Part shown: in pieces, positions 21,743 to 32,500 of the stretch | Position numbering within the stretch: position 1 is the stretch's first letter | How the letters are laid out: every line of letters starts with the position of its first letter | DNA from: Turneriella sp. | Lineage (GTDB): Bacteria; Spirochaetota; Leptospiria; Turneriellales; Turneriellaceae | Length of the DNA: 64,000 bases | Direction of reading: 5' to 3' | Assembly: GCA_046346945.1 (NCBI GenBank) | Contig: JAXMHE010000001.1 | Span: forward strand, 280,858 to 344,857 | Translations under genes and position numbers: made by a program | Notes under the pieces: generated by a model | Database searches by the model: none | Told to the model about the DNA's origin: nothing | Seen by the model: only the letters and a program-made list of their open reading frames with translations

Positions 21743-22540
21743 TCAGAAATATTTGCGCAGCAACTCGTTCGCTTCTTGCCGCACAATCACACTCTGGCTG
21801 CGCGTGAGCGTTTTGAGGCGCACCTGCGCGTCGCGTGTCTTTGTGCGTGCGAGTTCACGCATCACCAGAATGAGTTCTGAAGCAGATTTGCAATGATAGC
21901 TGCGCTTCATCATATACGGCCATGCCGTCTCGTCATCATACCAGACCAGCGTACGGTAAATCTCCGCCACGACCTGCGGATTTTTCTCGTTCAGATGAAA
22001 CAACACTGTGTAGAAATAGGCCTTATTGCTGCGCTCGGGCTTAAACCTGCGCACGGTACGGTACGCGGCCTCGCGCACGAGCCATTCTTTATCTGTGGTG
22101 AGTTTGATGACATCGGGCAACACCGACATGTCTGAACTCATACTCTCGACAATCAACAAGGCACGCCAGCGCGTGATCGGATCTTCGCTGGTGAGGAATT
22201 CGACTGCCTTAGGCAAATAGTTGTCCAGTTCGAGGCGCAGAATAGCCTCGAGTGCACCGACAACGACAGCGCTGTCGTCATCACTCAGTGCCGCCGAGAT
22301 AATCTCTTTATCGCCGCGCACCAGATTGGAGTTCGTGATCGATTCGAGATATTCGACCTGCCGCTGCCAGTCGAGTTCAAAAAAATCTTCGCTGGTGAGT
22401 TTGGGTTGCTCGTTCGCCTGCAAATTCGACGACGATTTGCACGCAGCAAACACCATCACCAACAGCGCAATAAACAGGTATAAGAACCGTGTTTTCTCAC
22501 GGCAGCACGAATACTTTCTGCAATTGCAGGCGGCGTTCAT
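21743..22540 (-). CDS. HEAT-repeat lipoprotein (start uncertain)
   Basis: FAAC lipobox; DDDSAVVVGALEA, DPITRWRAL, DKEWLVREAA repeats. Confidence 0.7.
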   Translation of the reverse strand: MNAACNCRKYSCCREKTRFLYLFIALLVMVFAACKSSSNLQANEQPKLTSEDFFELDWQRQVEYLESITNSNLVRGDKEIISAALSDDDSAVVVGALEAILRLELDNYLPKAVEFLTSEDPITRWRALLIVESMSSDMSVLPDVIKLTTDKEWLVREAAYRTVRRFKPERSNKAYFYTVLFHLNEKNPQVVAEIYRTLVWYDDETAWPYMMKRSYHCKSASELILVMRELARTKTRDAQVRLKTLTRSQSVIVRQEANELLRKYF

Positions 22541-23255
22541 CGCCGTACTGTACCGAGTTGGTATTCAGTTGCATGCGCGTAATTCCATAGGCGATCGCCG
22601 AGCCCACGATTGCGCCGGTGAGCACATCGGTAAGATAATGTTTGTCCGCTGCAAATGCGCAGATAGCCCGGCAGCGCTGCAATGAGCAGGGAGGTAGCAT
22701 AAATGCCGGCGCTGTACTGAGGATATGATTCGCTGGAGAAAGCAGCATTGCGCTCGAAAGCGCGAGTGCGAATGAATACGAAGTGTGGCCGCTGAAGAAA
22801 GAGAAGAGTCTACCGTCGGGCGATGAATAGTCGTTGCCGTAATAGGCAAACGGCCGCCCGCGCGCGACCGAGAATTTGGCGACTTGCGTGATGACCCCGG
22901 TCACCACACAGCCGCTTCGCCGATCGTCAGCGCAGCACGCATATAGTCATGGTTCGTGGCGAGCGGCGAGGCAAACGCAGCAGCCGGCATTACGCCAAAC
23001 AAGAAAATGCTCATGGTCGCAGCCAATTTGGTATTCGACCAAACCAGCGCGTTTCCGCACACCTGCATCGATTGCCGGCGGAGTTTTCCAGCGCGGCTCT
23101 TGCGGCACTAAATCCGCCTTATAATATTCGTTGGCGCCAATACCCACGGCGCCGGTAAACAAGCCTGCCATTTCAGATACCGGCAGCGCAGCCCGCACGG
23201 GCAACGCGCCGAGAGCCGTCGCAAAAAACAGGACCGGGAAACGGATTTTACGCAT
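22497..23255 (-). pseudogene. PAP2-family phosphatase, frameshifted
   Basis: KFSVARGRP, SFFSGHTS and ADKHYLTDVLTG motifs; N-terminus in another frame. Confidence 0.75.
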
Positions 23256-23323
23256 TGTCATCTGTCAAATTTGTCTGTCCGCCGCGACGCGGATACAAAG
23301 CGTTTCCCTGAGTCACAACCGCT

Positions 23324-23960
23324 ATGTCAATTCAAACTCCGCGTTTCATCGATAACCTCGAACGCCGTTTCCATAAACTCGGCATCGAAAACCTTGGCCT
23401 CATTTTAGTCGTCATGCAGGCATTCCGGCTTTCTGGCCTACCAGACGCCGATGGTGAAACTCAAATTTATGCTGATTCCCGAGCTTGTCCTGAGGGGCGA
23501 GGTTTGGCGCATCGTGACGTTCATTGCACTGCCCCTCAACCATGACTTCTGGATCATCATCGTCTTATTTTTCCTGTATTCCATCATGCAAATCATCGAA
23601 CAGGCGTGGGGGCCTTTCAAGACAACGCTGTACTTCTTGGTTGGATTGATCCTGTCGGTAGCGTATTCGCTCGCGACGGGTCTGGCTATCGACACTTTCA
23701 TGCCGCTCGAAATGTCGTTGTTTTTTGCCGTTGCGGCACTTTACCCAACAACCGAAGTACTGCTTTTCTTCTTCATTCCCGTACCGATGTGGATTCTCGC
23801 GGCGTTCCAGGCATTGATCGTGATTTACCTGATGATCATCAGCGACTGGATCCAGCGCGGCTATTACCTCGTCGTCTATATGAACTATTTTCTCTTTTTC
23901 GGTACAGAGCACCTGTACCAATTAAAAACCTGGTTGCGCCGCCGTAACTGGCGCGCCTGA
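23324..23960 (+). pseudogene. Membrane protein (rhomboid-like), frameshifted near 23430
   Basis: N-terminus MSIQTPRFIDNLERRF... in one frame; LVLRGEVWRIVTF... in another. Confidence 0.55.
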
Positions 23961-23978
23961 ATAAACGGAGGATTTTGT

Positions 23979-24551
23979 ATGAAAATCAGAACAAGAACAC
24001 TGCTTGCGGTCTTGACCCTGACCACTGCGCTCACTGCGCGTGCCCACTGGTATGAAATCGATTATGCAAAATCCCAGATCGGTTTTCTCTCAAAGTCCCG
24101 CGTCGTCAATGCGAACGGCCTGTTCCGCAAGTGGAACTTCAAGGGAAAAGTGGCTGGCAACCTGCACGTCGTCGGCGATATTGCGATCGACTGTGCTTCC
24201 ATCGATACCGATAATGAACGTCGCGATAAACACCTGCGCAGCGCCGACTTCTTCGACTGCGAAAAGAACGCGCAGCACACATTCCGCATCAAATCTGCGA
24301 AGGCTGACAATGCCAACCCCGCCAAGGCGACGAAGTTTGATCTGACCGGCGAACTGACAATTCGCGGCATTACACAGCCGATCGAACTCTCACTCAAGCG
24401 CGAGGGCGGTGAAAATGCATTCGTGCTGACAGGCAGTGTACTCATCGACCGCGAAAAATTCGGCATCACCTATAACAGCGCGCTCAACCCGATCGATAAA
24501 ATTGTGCGCATCGACGTGAAAATAGCCCTGACAAAAAAAGCTGAAAAGTAA
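23979..24551 (+). CDS. YceI family lipid/polyisoprenoid-binding protein
   Basis: SIDTDNERRDKHLRSADFFD, GELTIRGIT, IDREKFGI. Confidence 0.92.
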   Translation: MKIRTRTLLAVLTLTTALTARAHWYEIDYAKSQIGFLSKSRVVNANGLFRKWNFKGKVAGNLHVVGDIAIDCASIDTDNERRDKHLRSADFFDCEKNAQHTFRIKSAKADNANPAKATKFDLTGELTIRGITQPIELSLKREGGENAFVLTGSVLIDREKFGITYNSALNPIDKIVRIDVKIALTKKAEK

Positions 24552-24554
24552 TTC

Positions 24555-25267
24555 ATGGCTGCGAAGCTGAAGCACCGCGGCCTGCGCACGATCGCCACGA
24601 TTGCGATCATCTTTGGCCTGATTAGCTGGGTACTGAGGCCGATAAGAGAGACTGATTTTGCAACTGGCTTCACGCCGCTAAAAAGACGACTTGTTGGCGG
24701 CTAAGTGCCGGTTGTTCTTGGCCATGAGCTCTATGGCGCACCAACAAGGCTGCTCTACCGCGGCGCGCAATACAAAAGGGTGAAGTTTTTATCGCGTATC
24801 ACCCCTTTTTATCCCGCTGAAGAAAAATCCTCATAAGGCTTCGGCGCCTTTATGAACACATCATTTATACGGGTGGGTTGCACCTGAAGGATATCATGTT
24901 TGGCCCGGCAGATATAGAACTCATTGAGGTAGTACTCGATAAAGACGGCAAGCCAACTCTCATGGCCTATGAAGACGCAGAAAAGTATAACCCGTCTGCA
25001 TTTTCGGTAAGACACCTCGCAAAATCTGTAAATAATCCACGACAGCCGTTCTGCTTTACTACGCCTGCCTGGAATCACATGTTCGCTCTGGCGGATGCAT
25101 CGCGCTGCGCGGGCAGGTATACTCAAGGCAGAATATTTTCAGAACCAGAGTGGGTTCAATACCGCATGGTGAAAAAAACCGAAGCCATTTTGCGGCGCAA
25201 CCGCATGCACCAGTGTACACCCAGACGAATTGGCACCAAATTAATCATCTGCTGCGCAAGAGATTAA
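24555..25267 (+). pseudogene. Fragmented hypothetical protein
   Basis: MAAKLKHRGLRTIATIAIIFGLISW N-terminus followed by short frames. Confidence 0.35.
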
Positions 25268-25930
25268 TTTGCGCGTAGCCCCGATTGAATTGCTTCCTGC
25301 GCGGCGCCTTTTGCATCTTCATCATAGCGCGATTGCAAAAGCTTTAATAGCGGAATGAATAGCTTACGCGCCTTCATGATGGCGAGCAGATAGCAAACCT
25401 CGCGCAATGCTTTCTCGTCTTCAGAACTATCCTGAAATCCGCGAGGTATTTTCAACTTTAGCGAGCAAGGCAGGCACCGCGAGATCGGCGGCCTTGGTGT
25501 AAACACCGATTGTGTGTGCGCAAGCATAGATTACCGCCGGGTAATTCCTCTTCTTTGAGCGCTTTGGCCACGCTGACAGAAATCTGCGGTGCGACGACGA
25601 AGTCTTTAAACACAATTGCCGCATTGCACGCGGCCTCGCGCACGTCCGCCGCCCGGACTTTTGTGGGCCAGGCCGACATTGATGCCATCGAGGTAGCGGG
25701 TAGCCACACTTTTTCCCCTTCTGCGGATTGCTGGTAAATAACGGACATTTTTTCGAGGCACTGAACCTTCGCATAGCGCAACGCGTTTCAGGGTCTTTGA
25801 CGATTTTGACCAGCAGGTCACTGTGGCGCATGTCATAGTCGCGTATGCGATCCAAAATTTCAGGGCGCGCCGAATCAGCCAGAACGCCACCCGCTGAGAC
25901 CGCCGCAAATACAATGTAAGACTCAGGCGC
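25264..25930 (-). pseudogene. Fragmented hypothetical (HEAT-like) protein
   Basis: Several overlapping minus-strand ORF pieces with protein-like composition. Confidence 0.35.
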
Positions 25931-26546
25931 ATAGGTTACTGGTTATTAAGGTCCACGGCGGAGCCGCACCGCTGCCATGTTTATTATCTCGCCGGTGCAT
26001 CGCGTGGTTAATCAACCTCGCCACTTCGTCAAAATTATCCCGCGGGCGCAGCTTGATGTCGGTGTACTCGCCTGTCGCCAGATAATGATTCAGTGTCTTG
26101 CGAATTTTGAAAATCGGCCCGGCAACTTTGTGCGAGAAGAAAACACTGTATATCATGATAATCAGGATATTCAGAACGGTCACTGCGACAACGGGCCACA
26201 GATACAGGTCGAAAGCGTTATAGAACTTATAACCGCCGCTGGTAATTTTCAGAGGAAAAAATTCTTCGCCCTCGCCTTCGGCGACGATCTGCCATTTCCC
26301 CTCTTTATCTTTGGCGAGCGTCTTGTGGTTATTGACGTCCATCTGCGCGAGTACAGAAGCCTTATCGGGCAGAAGGCTGTAGGCTTTGTTTTTCACGGCA
26401 AACAGTGCGCCCAGAACCAACGCCGCAGAAATGGCCACGACAATCGAATAGCGCAGAATAAACTTACTCTGGAAGCGTTTATCGATGAAATATTTGCGCT
26501 GCCAGAAATAGGGTTTCTTGCCGGGTTCGTTAGTGCCTTGTGCCAT
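25923..26546 (-). CDS. Two-TM membrane protein with HAMP-like C-terminus (end possibly frameshifted)
   Basis: RKYFIDKRFQ.KF and FSHKVAGPIFKI...LR..D.F motifs. Confidence 0.6.
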   Translation of the reverse strand: MAQGTNEPGKKPYFWQRKYFIDKRFQSKFILRYSIVVAISAALVLGALFAVKNKAYSLLPDKASVLAQMDVNNHKTLAKDKEGKWQIVAEGEGEEFFPLKITSGGYKFYNAFDLYLWPVVAVTVLNILIIMIYSVFFSHKVAGPIFKIRKTLNHYLATGEYTDIKLRPRDNFDEVARLINHAMHRRDNKHGSGAAPPWTLITSNLCA

Positions 26547-26649
26547 GGGCGTACAGCTTTCGAGTGCGAGACGGCGGAGTCAAATGTTTTTGCAGAGATA
26601 TTCTTCGGGCATGGGCTGACAGCCTGTTTCGGGATTTTTCCACGGAGGC

Positions 26650-27726
26650 ATGCTGCGCTTTCCTTTAGACGCTGAGCTGATCGCCCGCCATGAACGCATC
26701 GGCGACCCACTGGTTGACCCCATTGCTGATCTCATCATCGAAAGGAAACCGCCGATGCATGACCTGCTCGCCTTCGTCGAAACTGAGGCTGAAAGCGGCA
26801 ATGTCAAATGCCGCACGTTTCTCGCCGAGGTGCACGATGTGCCCGTATGGGTAAATTTCGCGGCAATGCGGCCCGGCGCTGAACTGTTTCTGCGCAATTC
26901 TCTTCTTGCGACCGCTGTCTTCGTCTTGCACAGCCTTGTGCTCACGTATGTGCCGGTCAACCAGGCCCGCGTACTCGTGCACACAGGCCGGTTGCGCGGC
27001 CAGGTGCTGCGCCGCCTGTACGAGACGGCCACGCTGGTGCGCGATGTCGAAGCCGACGCGCTGAAGCCTGGCGCGCAGGGCTGGCGTTCCGGTGTTACGG
27101 GTACGCATTCTGCATGCGCTGGTGCGCCGGTCGATTCTTTGCCGCAGGTCGCTGGCAGCATGAAATTCAGCCGATCAACCAAACGGAACTCGCGCAGACG
27201 GGAACGCTGTTTGGCTACGTCGTCGCCGATGGGCTCGAAAAACTCGGCGTGCCGGTGAGCGCCGAAGAAAAAGAATCTTACCATCACCTGTGGCGTTATG
27301 CCAACTGGCTGCAGGGTGTGCCCGATGCACTGCAAGTGGCGTCTTTCGCCGATGAAGAACGCCTGCACCGCGAGCTAGGAACGCAATTTTATTTTCCCGA
27401 CGCGAACAGCTTTACGCTGATCGAATCGCTCTATGATGCACTCGACATGCAGGCGCCATTCTTTATGCCGAAAACGTTGTTAAAGGCGTTCACGGCAAAC
27501 CTGATGCAAACGCAGCTGGCAGATCGCATCTCGCTTTCACCCGACCCTCTGGCGATGAATGCTGCGCCTGCTGCAAAATGCATTGCCCGCGCCGGTTTGC
27601 GCTACCAACTCGCCGCCGTTCCTGCGCGGCCTCGAACTGGTGGTTGGCAGAGCCTATTTTCACAATCTGATCGCGCAGGGGCTCGGTGGGGTTGAGGCGG
27701 ATTTCAAACGGCAAGGCGCGGCATAG
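26650..27726 (+). pseudogene. Oxygenase MpaB/Lcp-like (DUF2236) protein, frameshifted
   Basis: GDPLVD...RRLYETATLV...GAQGWRS | PINQTELAQT...YHHLWRYANWLQGV split across frames. Confidence 0.7.
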
Positions 27727-27741
27727 CCACCGAAACTTATT

Positions 27742-28527
27742 TTAGATTTTTAACTTCGCCGCGAAAAAATCCAGGTCGGCTTTGCGCTCCGCGCTGAGTC
27801 TGTGGTGTATGATTTCGGTCAGGTAGACCTGCGTGAAATCCGCCGGAAAGCCGAAACGCTCAGTCGCGAGCTGCAGATAACGGGGCTGATCCGACTGGTA
27901 AACATCGTGCGCCCTGCTCAGCAAGGGCACAATGTCGTTGCTTAAACCTTCTTGAAATACCCAGAGCGCATAGACGAAGCCATGCGAAAACATGGCAAAA
28001 TACTCGCGCTGCAAATCGTAAGACGGGTGGTTGAGGTGCGCGAGCGCAACATCCCCGGATCGAAAGCAATGCTTCATCTTCCTTTAGGGTCGCGATGCGG
28101 TTCGGGCCGGTAACTTCTTCCAATGCCGGATTTGCGTTGAGTTCGCGCAGCATGACCTGTAGCTGCGCCACCGAACTGCGTGAAGAAATATCGGTGTAAA
28201 TAGTACGGATATTCTGTAACTGCTCCTTGAACGGCTTTTGCAGATTGCGTACAAACAGGCGTATCGACCGCACTTCACGCTCTGCTGAAATGCACAGTCC
28301 GGGATGGTAACCCAAGCCCTCGCGGTGGCGCAGGTATTCGACGGAAGAGATCAGCGCGGCATCGACGCGTCCCGCGAGCAATTCGCCGGCCAGAAAGGAG
28401 GGCACTCCTGACAAGTTGGAACTGTACCCGCAAATGCAGGTTCTTCCAGCGCGGCCCACAGCGGGTATGCATTCAGATAATCCACGACGCCGATACGGAG
28501 CACCTGCGGCGAGCCAAGTCGAACCAT
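27742..28527 (-). pseudogene. mqnA: Chorismate dehydratase MqnA, frameshifted
   Basis: Manual translation LRIGVVDYLNAYPL; then VPSFLA..L..G.VDAALISSVEY, SSRSSVA, FVYALW in other frames. Confidence 0.8.
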
Positions 28528-28590
28528 AAGGAAAAATCGGAGTCCCGATCAGCGGGTAAAGGCGAATGCGTGTTTAAGCAGTTGGGCCTG

Positions 28591-29285
28591 TTAAAGCACG
28601 GCTGCAGCCTGCTGCATTGCGGCCGCCATATCGCCTTTGAACGACTCGCCATGACAAACCAGCACCATCTTGAGTTGCTGGTCTGAGGCGAGGCCTAGCA
28701 CCCAGTTTTTGACCGCTGCCCGGTCGGCTATCTGCCGCCATTTCACAATCTTTGCAATACCGAAACCGTCGTTGCTGGTGCCCAGCATCCATTTGAAAAT
28801 ACTGGCTCCAATACCTTGCGCATAACAATTTTCGCCGGCGAAAATATCGCAGACACACAGTGCATAGCCACCCGGCACCGGATTTTCAGATGTACTTCCG
28901 GGTTCTTACAGACCGGGAGCCAGAGACGCCGTCACATTCGCGTCCTTGAGCACTGCCACGACATCGGCTTCGACGCGCACGCCGTTGAATTCCTCGCCCT
29001 GTTTTGGCCCGAGCACTTTCAGCTGCGGATATTTCTGTTTATAGAACGCCAGATCCATCACGTGGAAAGGCTGCGGCACCACAATGATTTCGGGATTGCC
29101 TAATTTTTCGAGTTCGGTGAACCCTGCGGCATCGAGTGCAATGGCGCTGTAAATGAGCAATCCACCACTGGAAAGCTTCACCACGGTCATATTACGCTTG
29201 AGCGGAAATGGTAGGGAACCTTCGAGCTGCCAGAGACCCGGCGCAACTTGCTGAAATGACTGGTGCGGAAAATTTTGTGAGCCAT
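28591..29285 (-). pseudogene. DUF4336-like metallo-hydrolase, frameshifted
   Basis: RNMTVVKLSSGGLLIYSAI, IVVPQPFH, VLVCHGE. Confidence 0.6.
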
Positions 29286-29408
29286 GCGTGCGCTTTGCGG
29301 CGGTATTCCAAGCGTCAAGGAAATCCACCCACCACGTTCTTGGTTGCAGAATCCTTGTTTACGCCCGACCTCAAACACATCTTTGAGCGGAAAGTGAGGA
29401 ATATTTTA

Positions 29409-30078
29409 ATGCAAAAAATAATGATTCTGGGAGCAAGTATTGCTCTCATCGGGCTTGCAGCCTGCAACAAAGCAACCTGAGCTCTCCAAAGGTAAGGCCA
29501 GCTACGCAATCGGCACACAGATCGGTAAGACTATGAAAGCGCAGGGCATCGAAGTCGATGTGCCCACCCTGGCTGCCGCACTCGCCGACACTCTCGCCGG
29601 CAAAGAACCCAAGCTGACCGACGCTGAAATGCGCGAGGCCATCATGGCCCTGCAAGCCAGCAGAGGCGCAAGCAAAGATCCTGCTGCTGCAGCTGCCAAC
29701 ACCGCCAAAGGCAAAGAATATCTCGATGCTAACAAAGCAAAACCCGGCGTTGTCGTGACAGCTTCGGGCCTGCAATACAAGGTGATCAACCCCGGCAGCG
29801 GCGCATCACCGAAAGCGACCAGCACGGTGAAAGTGCACTACCGCGGCACACTGATCGACGGCACCGAGTTTGACAGTTCATTTAAGAGAGGCCAGCCTGC
29901 TGAGTTTGGTGTGAGCCAGGTCATTCGCGGCTGGACAGAAGCGCTGCAGCTGATGAAAAAAGGCGCTAAGTACGAACTCACAATCCCCAGCGAATTGGCA
30001 TACGGCCCGCGCGACAGCGGTTCAATTCCTGCGAATTCAGTGCTGAATTTCGAAGTTGAGTTGTTGGATTTTAAGTAA
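29409..30078 (+). CDS. FkpA/Mip-type FKBP PPIase lipoprotein (frameshift after the signal peptide)
   Basis: MQKIMILGASIALIGLAAC lipobox in one frame; SYAIG, SGLQY, VHYRGTLIDGTEFDSS in the next. Confidence 0.88.
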
Positions 30079-30081
30079 GAT

Positions 30082-30113
30082 TGTTAGCCCACGAATTCAT
30101 TCGTGGGCTAACA
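30082..30113. repeat. REP-like hairpin between convergent genes
   Basis: TGTTAGCCCACGAA-TTCA-TTCGTGGGCTAACA. Confidence 0.7.
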
Positions 30114-30117
30114 GACG

Positions 30118-31137
30118 TTAAGGCCGGCGAACAACGCGGAAACCGCGGTCAGTAGCACCGGACCATGGGTTCGTTGACCCACCTCGACTTGTGGCCTGGT
30201 GAAACGATCGCGCGAGGTTGAAGGCTTGTCCTCTGCTCTGCCGGTTGCCCGAAACGTAGGGAGTTCCCTGGCTGTCTACGTCGGTAGATGGACTTCCTGG
30301 AACGTAGGCGGCATTGGAGTCGCCTGTTAGCTCCCAAATATTGCCAGACATGTCGTAAATTCCCAGGTGGTTCGCAGATCTTGTGCCAACGGGCTGCATA
30401 CTGGCAATATTATCAGAGCTCCAGCTGACGAGGTCAATTTCATTCGTATCAACCAGACCGTTCAAATTGCCGTCGACCCAACCGCTGGGTGCATCACCGC
30501 GCAAGAATGTTGTACCGTCAATGTAGCGCGCCGCATATTCCCACTCGGCTTCGGTTGGCAAGCGATAGCCGTTCGCCGTCATTTTGATATAAGGATTGTC
30601 CCTCGCACCTGGAGTAGCATCTGCGCTGCCCGTTGCGTCGGCGATTTTCAATACGCTGGTAAAGCCAGCGTCATTGTAATAAACCGGGGTCAGTCCATTC
30701 TTTTCTGAAGCCGCATTAGCCCAAACAATCATCTCGCGCCAGGTCATGCTACCCGCGGGATGCTGGCTAGTTGTCCCTGTTCCAACGCTAGCTATAGTAT
30801 AGCCGCTGCCCAAGGCCCAGGTGCGAACTGACTGCCATTCGGCCAATTGTACTTCATACTTGGCCATGGCAAAACTAGTGATCGATGCCACAACGTGAAC
30901 AGGGGTAGCAATAGCTGCCCAACCGCGACTAAACCCAGTCGTATTCGCGGGCACGCAGATCATTGCGAATGCGTCACCCGCCACCGCAGCCTTGCATGCG
31001 GCCAACGGGTCAGCAGTGACCGTGACTGTGGATGCATTTACATCCCAAAACTTTCCCCAGCTATTGTTTTGGCAACTTATTGTAACAGAGAGAAACAGAT
31101 AAGCAAGTAAGATCGGCCGGACTTTCACATACGGCAT
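30118..31137 (-). CDS. FGE-sulfatase (SUMF1, C-type-lectin fold) lipoprotein
   Basis: GYRLPTEAEWEYAAR, LGIYDMSGNIWE, GFRVVR; lipobox TISC followed by QNNSWGKFWDV. Confidence 0.9.
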   Translation of the reverse strand: MPYVKVRPILLAYLFLSVTISCQNNSWGKFWDVNASTVTVTADPLAACKAAVAGDAFAMICVPANTTGFSRGWAAIATPVHVVASITSFAMAKYEVQLAEWQSVRTWALGSGYTIASVGTGTTSQHPAGSMTWREMIVWANAASEKNGLTPVYYNDAGFTSVLKIADATGSADATPGARDNPYIKMTANGYRLPTEAEWEYAARYIDGTTFLRGDAPSGWVDGNLNGLVDTNEIDLVSWSSDNIASMQPVGTRSANHLGIYDMSGNIWELTGDSNAAYVPGSPSTDVDSQGTPYVSGNRQSRGQAFNLARSFHQATSRGGSTNPWSGATDRGFRVVRRP

Positions 31138-31209
31138 GGTTTGGAATTTAATCCAGACACTTACCGTCCAGAGTATCTGTGCAAAGCCTGTGATTGGCAG
31201 CATATTCGC

Positions 31210-32115
31210 ATGCGACATAATATGACTAAAGCAGAATTCCTCTCGCGCGAAAGTGGCAAAGCCTTCATCGCAATGATGCGGCTGACCGGGCTCAGGCCCG
31301 TGACGATCAACAACTACGCCCGCCGCGTGAGCGTGGTTGCGACCACCCTGCAAAAAATGCCCGAAGAGCTCACGAGCGAAGACGCGGAAGTATTTATCCG
31401 CCACGCGGCGCAGACCGGCATTTCCAACATCAACGCCGCGACGACATGCGTAGCGCTCAAGTTTTATGTTGCTCGCACGCTGAAAAAGCCATGGCACCTG
31501 ACACAGTTTCCGCGCGTGCACCGGCACCGCAAACGGCGTTCGCGCCCGCTCACCCGCGACGAAATTCGGCTACTGCTCGACCGCACGAGCCCCGGCCGAC
31601 TCAGAATTCTTTTTTCACTGATCTATGGCAGTGGTCTCAGAATCGGCGAAGCGTGCCGGCTCAAAACCGCTGACGTGGATTTCCATAGCTACAAGATCTA
31701 CATCCGCGACGGCAAAGGCGGTCGCCACCGCGAAACCGTACTTTCGCGCCAGCTCGCTGGTGAGCTACGCAACTACATCGCCGATCGCCGCCCCGGCGAA
31801 TGGCTGTTCCCTTCGAGCCGCAACACTTACGAAGCAGGCACTCTTTTCCCCATCGTTAAATGCCAGCGTGTGATTTCCACCCGTTCGGTGCACCGCGAAT
31901 TTGACATCGCCCGCAGCCGGCTGAACCTCAGTGGCCTCGTGACCGTGCATTCTCTACGGCATTCATTCGCGACGCACCTGGTAGAGCTAAGCATGCCCGT
32001 TTTCTCAGTGCAACGCCTGCTCGGTCACCAATACCTCAGCACGACTTTGGGTTATCTCTCGTCGATGGAAGCGCCGGTAGTTCCGGATTTCAGTCCATTA
32101 GATCGCTTGAACTGA
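31210..32115 (+). mobile_element. Tyrosine recombinase / site-specific integrase
   Basis: YGSGLRIGE (R), GKGG (K), HSLRHSFATHL, LLGH...TTLGY; N-terminal SAM-like domain; start 31210 or 31222. Confidence 0.9.
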
Positions 32116-32127
32116 AGAAAGATATGT

Positions 32128-32496
32128 TCAGAAATCCACAGGTTTGTCTTCAACCAAACCGAAACGGTTGCCCTCGGTATCGATAAGCATTGCCTGCCAG
32201 CGTTCACGATCACGAAAATAGCTGGTGATTTCGGGCTGAGTGACCACCGAGGCACCCGCAACGGTCAACTTCTGGCACATATCTTCGATCGCCTCGTTAA
32301 TCCAGTAAGTAATCTCCAGACCTGGGCCGACAGCGTGCGGGTCGAGAAGCAGCTCAATCTTTCCGGTTTGAAAATACTGCACATCTTTAACGTCATAAAG
32401 ATACTTCAAGGGCAGCAATTTATAGAACGCCGTAGCCCGCGCACTGTCCTTCACGGGCAGGCGAATTTGGTAAATTTGAGGATTGCTATCTGGCAT
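32128..32496 (-). CDS. VOC/glyoxalase family protein
   Basis: IRLPVKD..RA.AFY...DTEGNRFGL. Confidence 0.8.
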   Translation of the reverse strand: MPDSNPQIYQIRLPVKDSARATAFYKLLPLKYLYDVKDVQYFQTGKIELLLDPHAVGPGLEITYWINEAIEDMCQKLTVAGASVVTQPEITSYFRDRERWQAMLIDTEGNRFGLVEDKPVDF

Positions 32497-32500
32497 AAAC

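Noticed and set aside
30082-30120. GTTAGCC/GGCTAAC as an attC site for the adjacent integrase
   Set aside because: The boxes are in the wrong order (GTT first, AAC last), and the stem is short and perfect with no extrahelical bases.
31138-31527. Long N-terminal extension of the FGE ORF overlapping the integrase
   Set aside because: The signal peptide and lipobox start at ATG 31137; the extension is antisense to the integrase.
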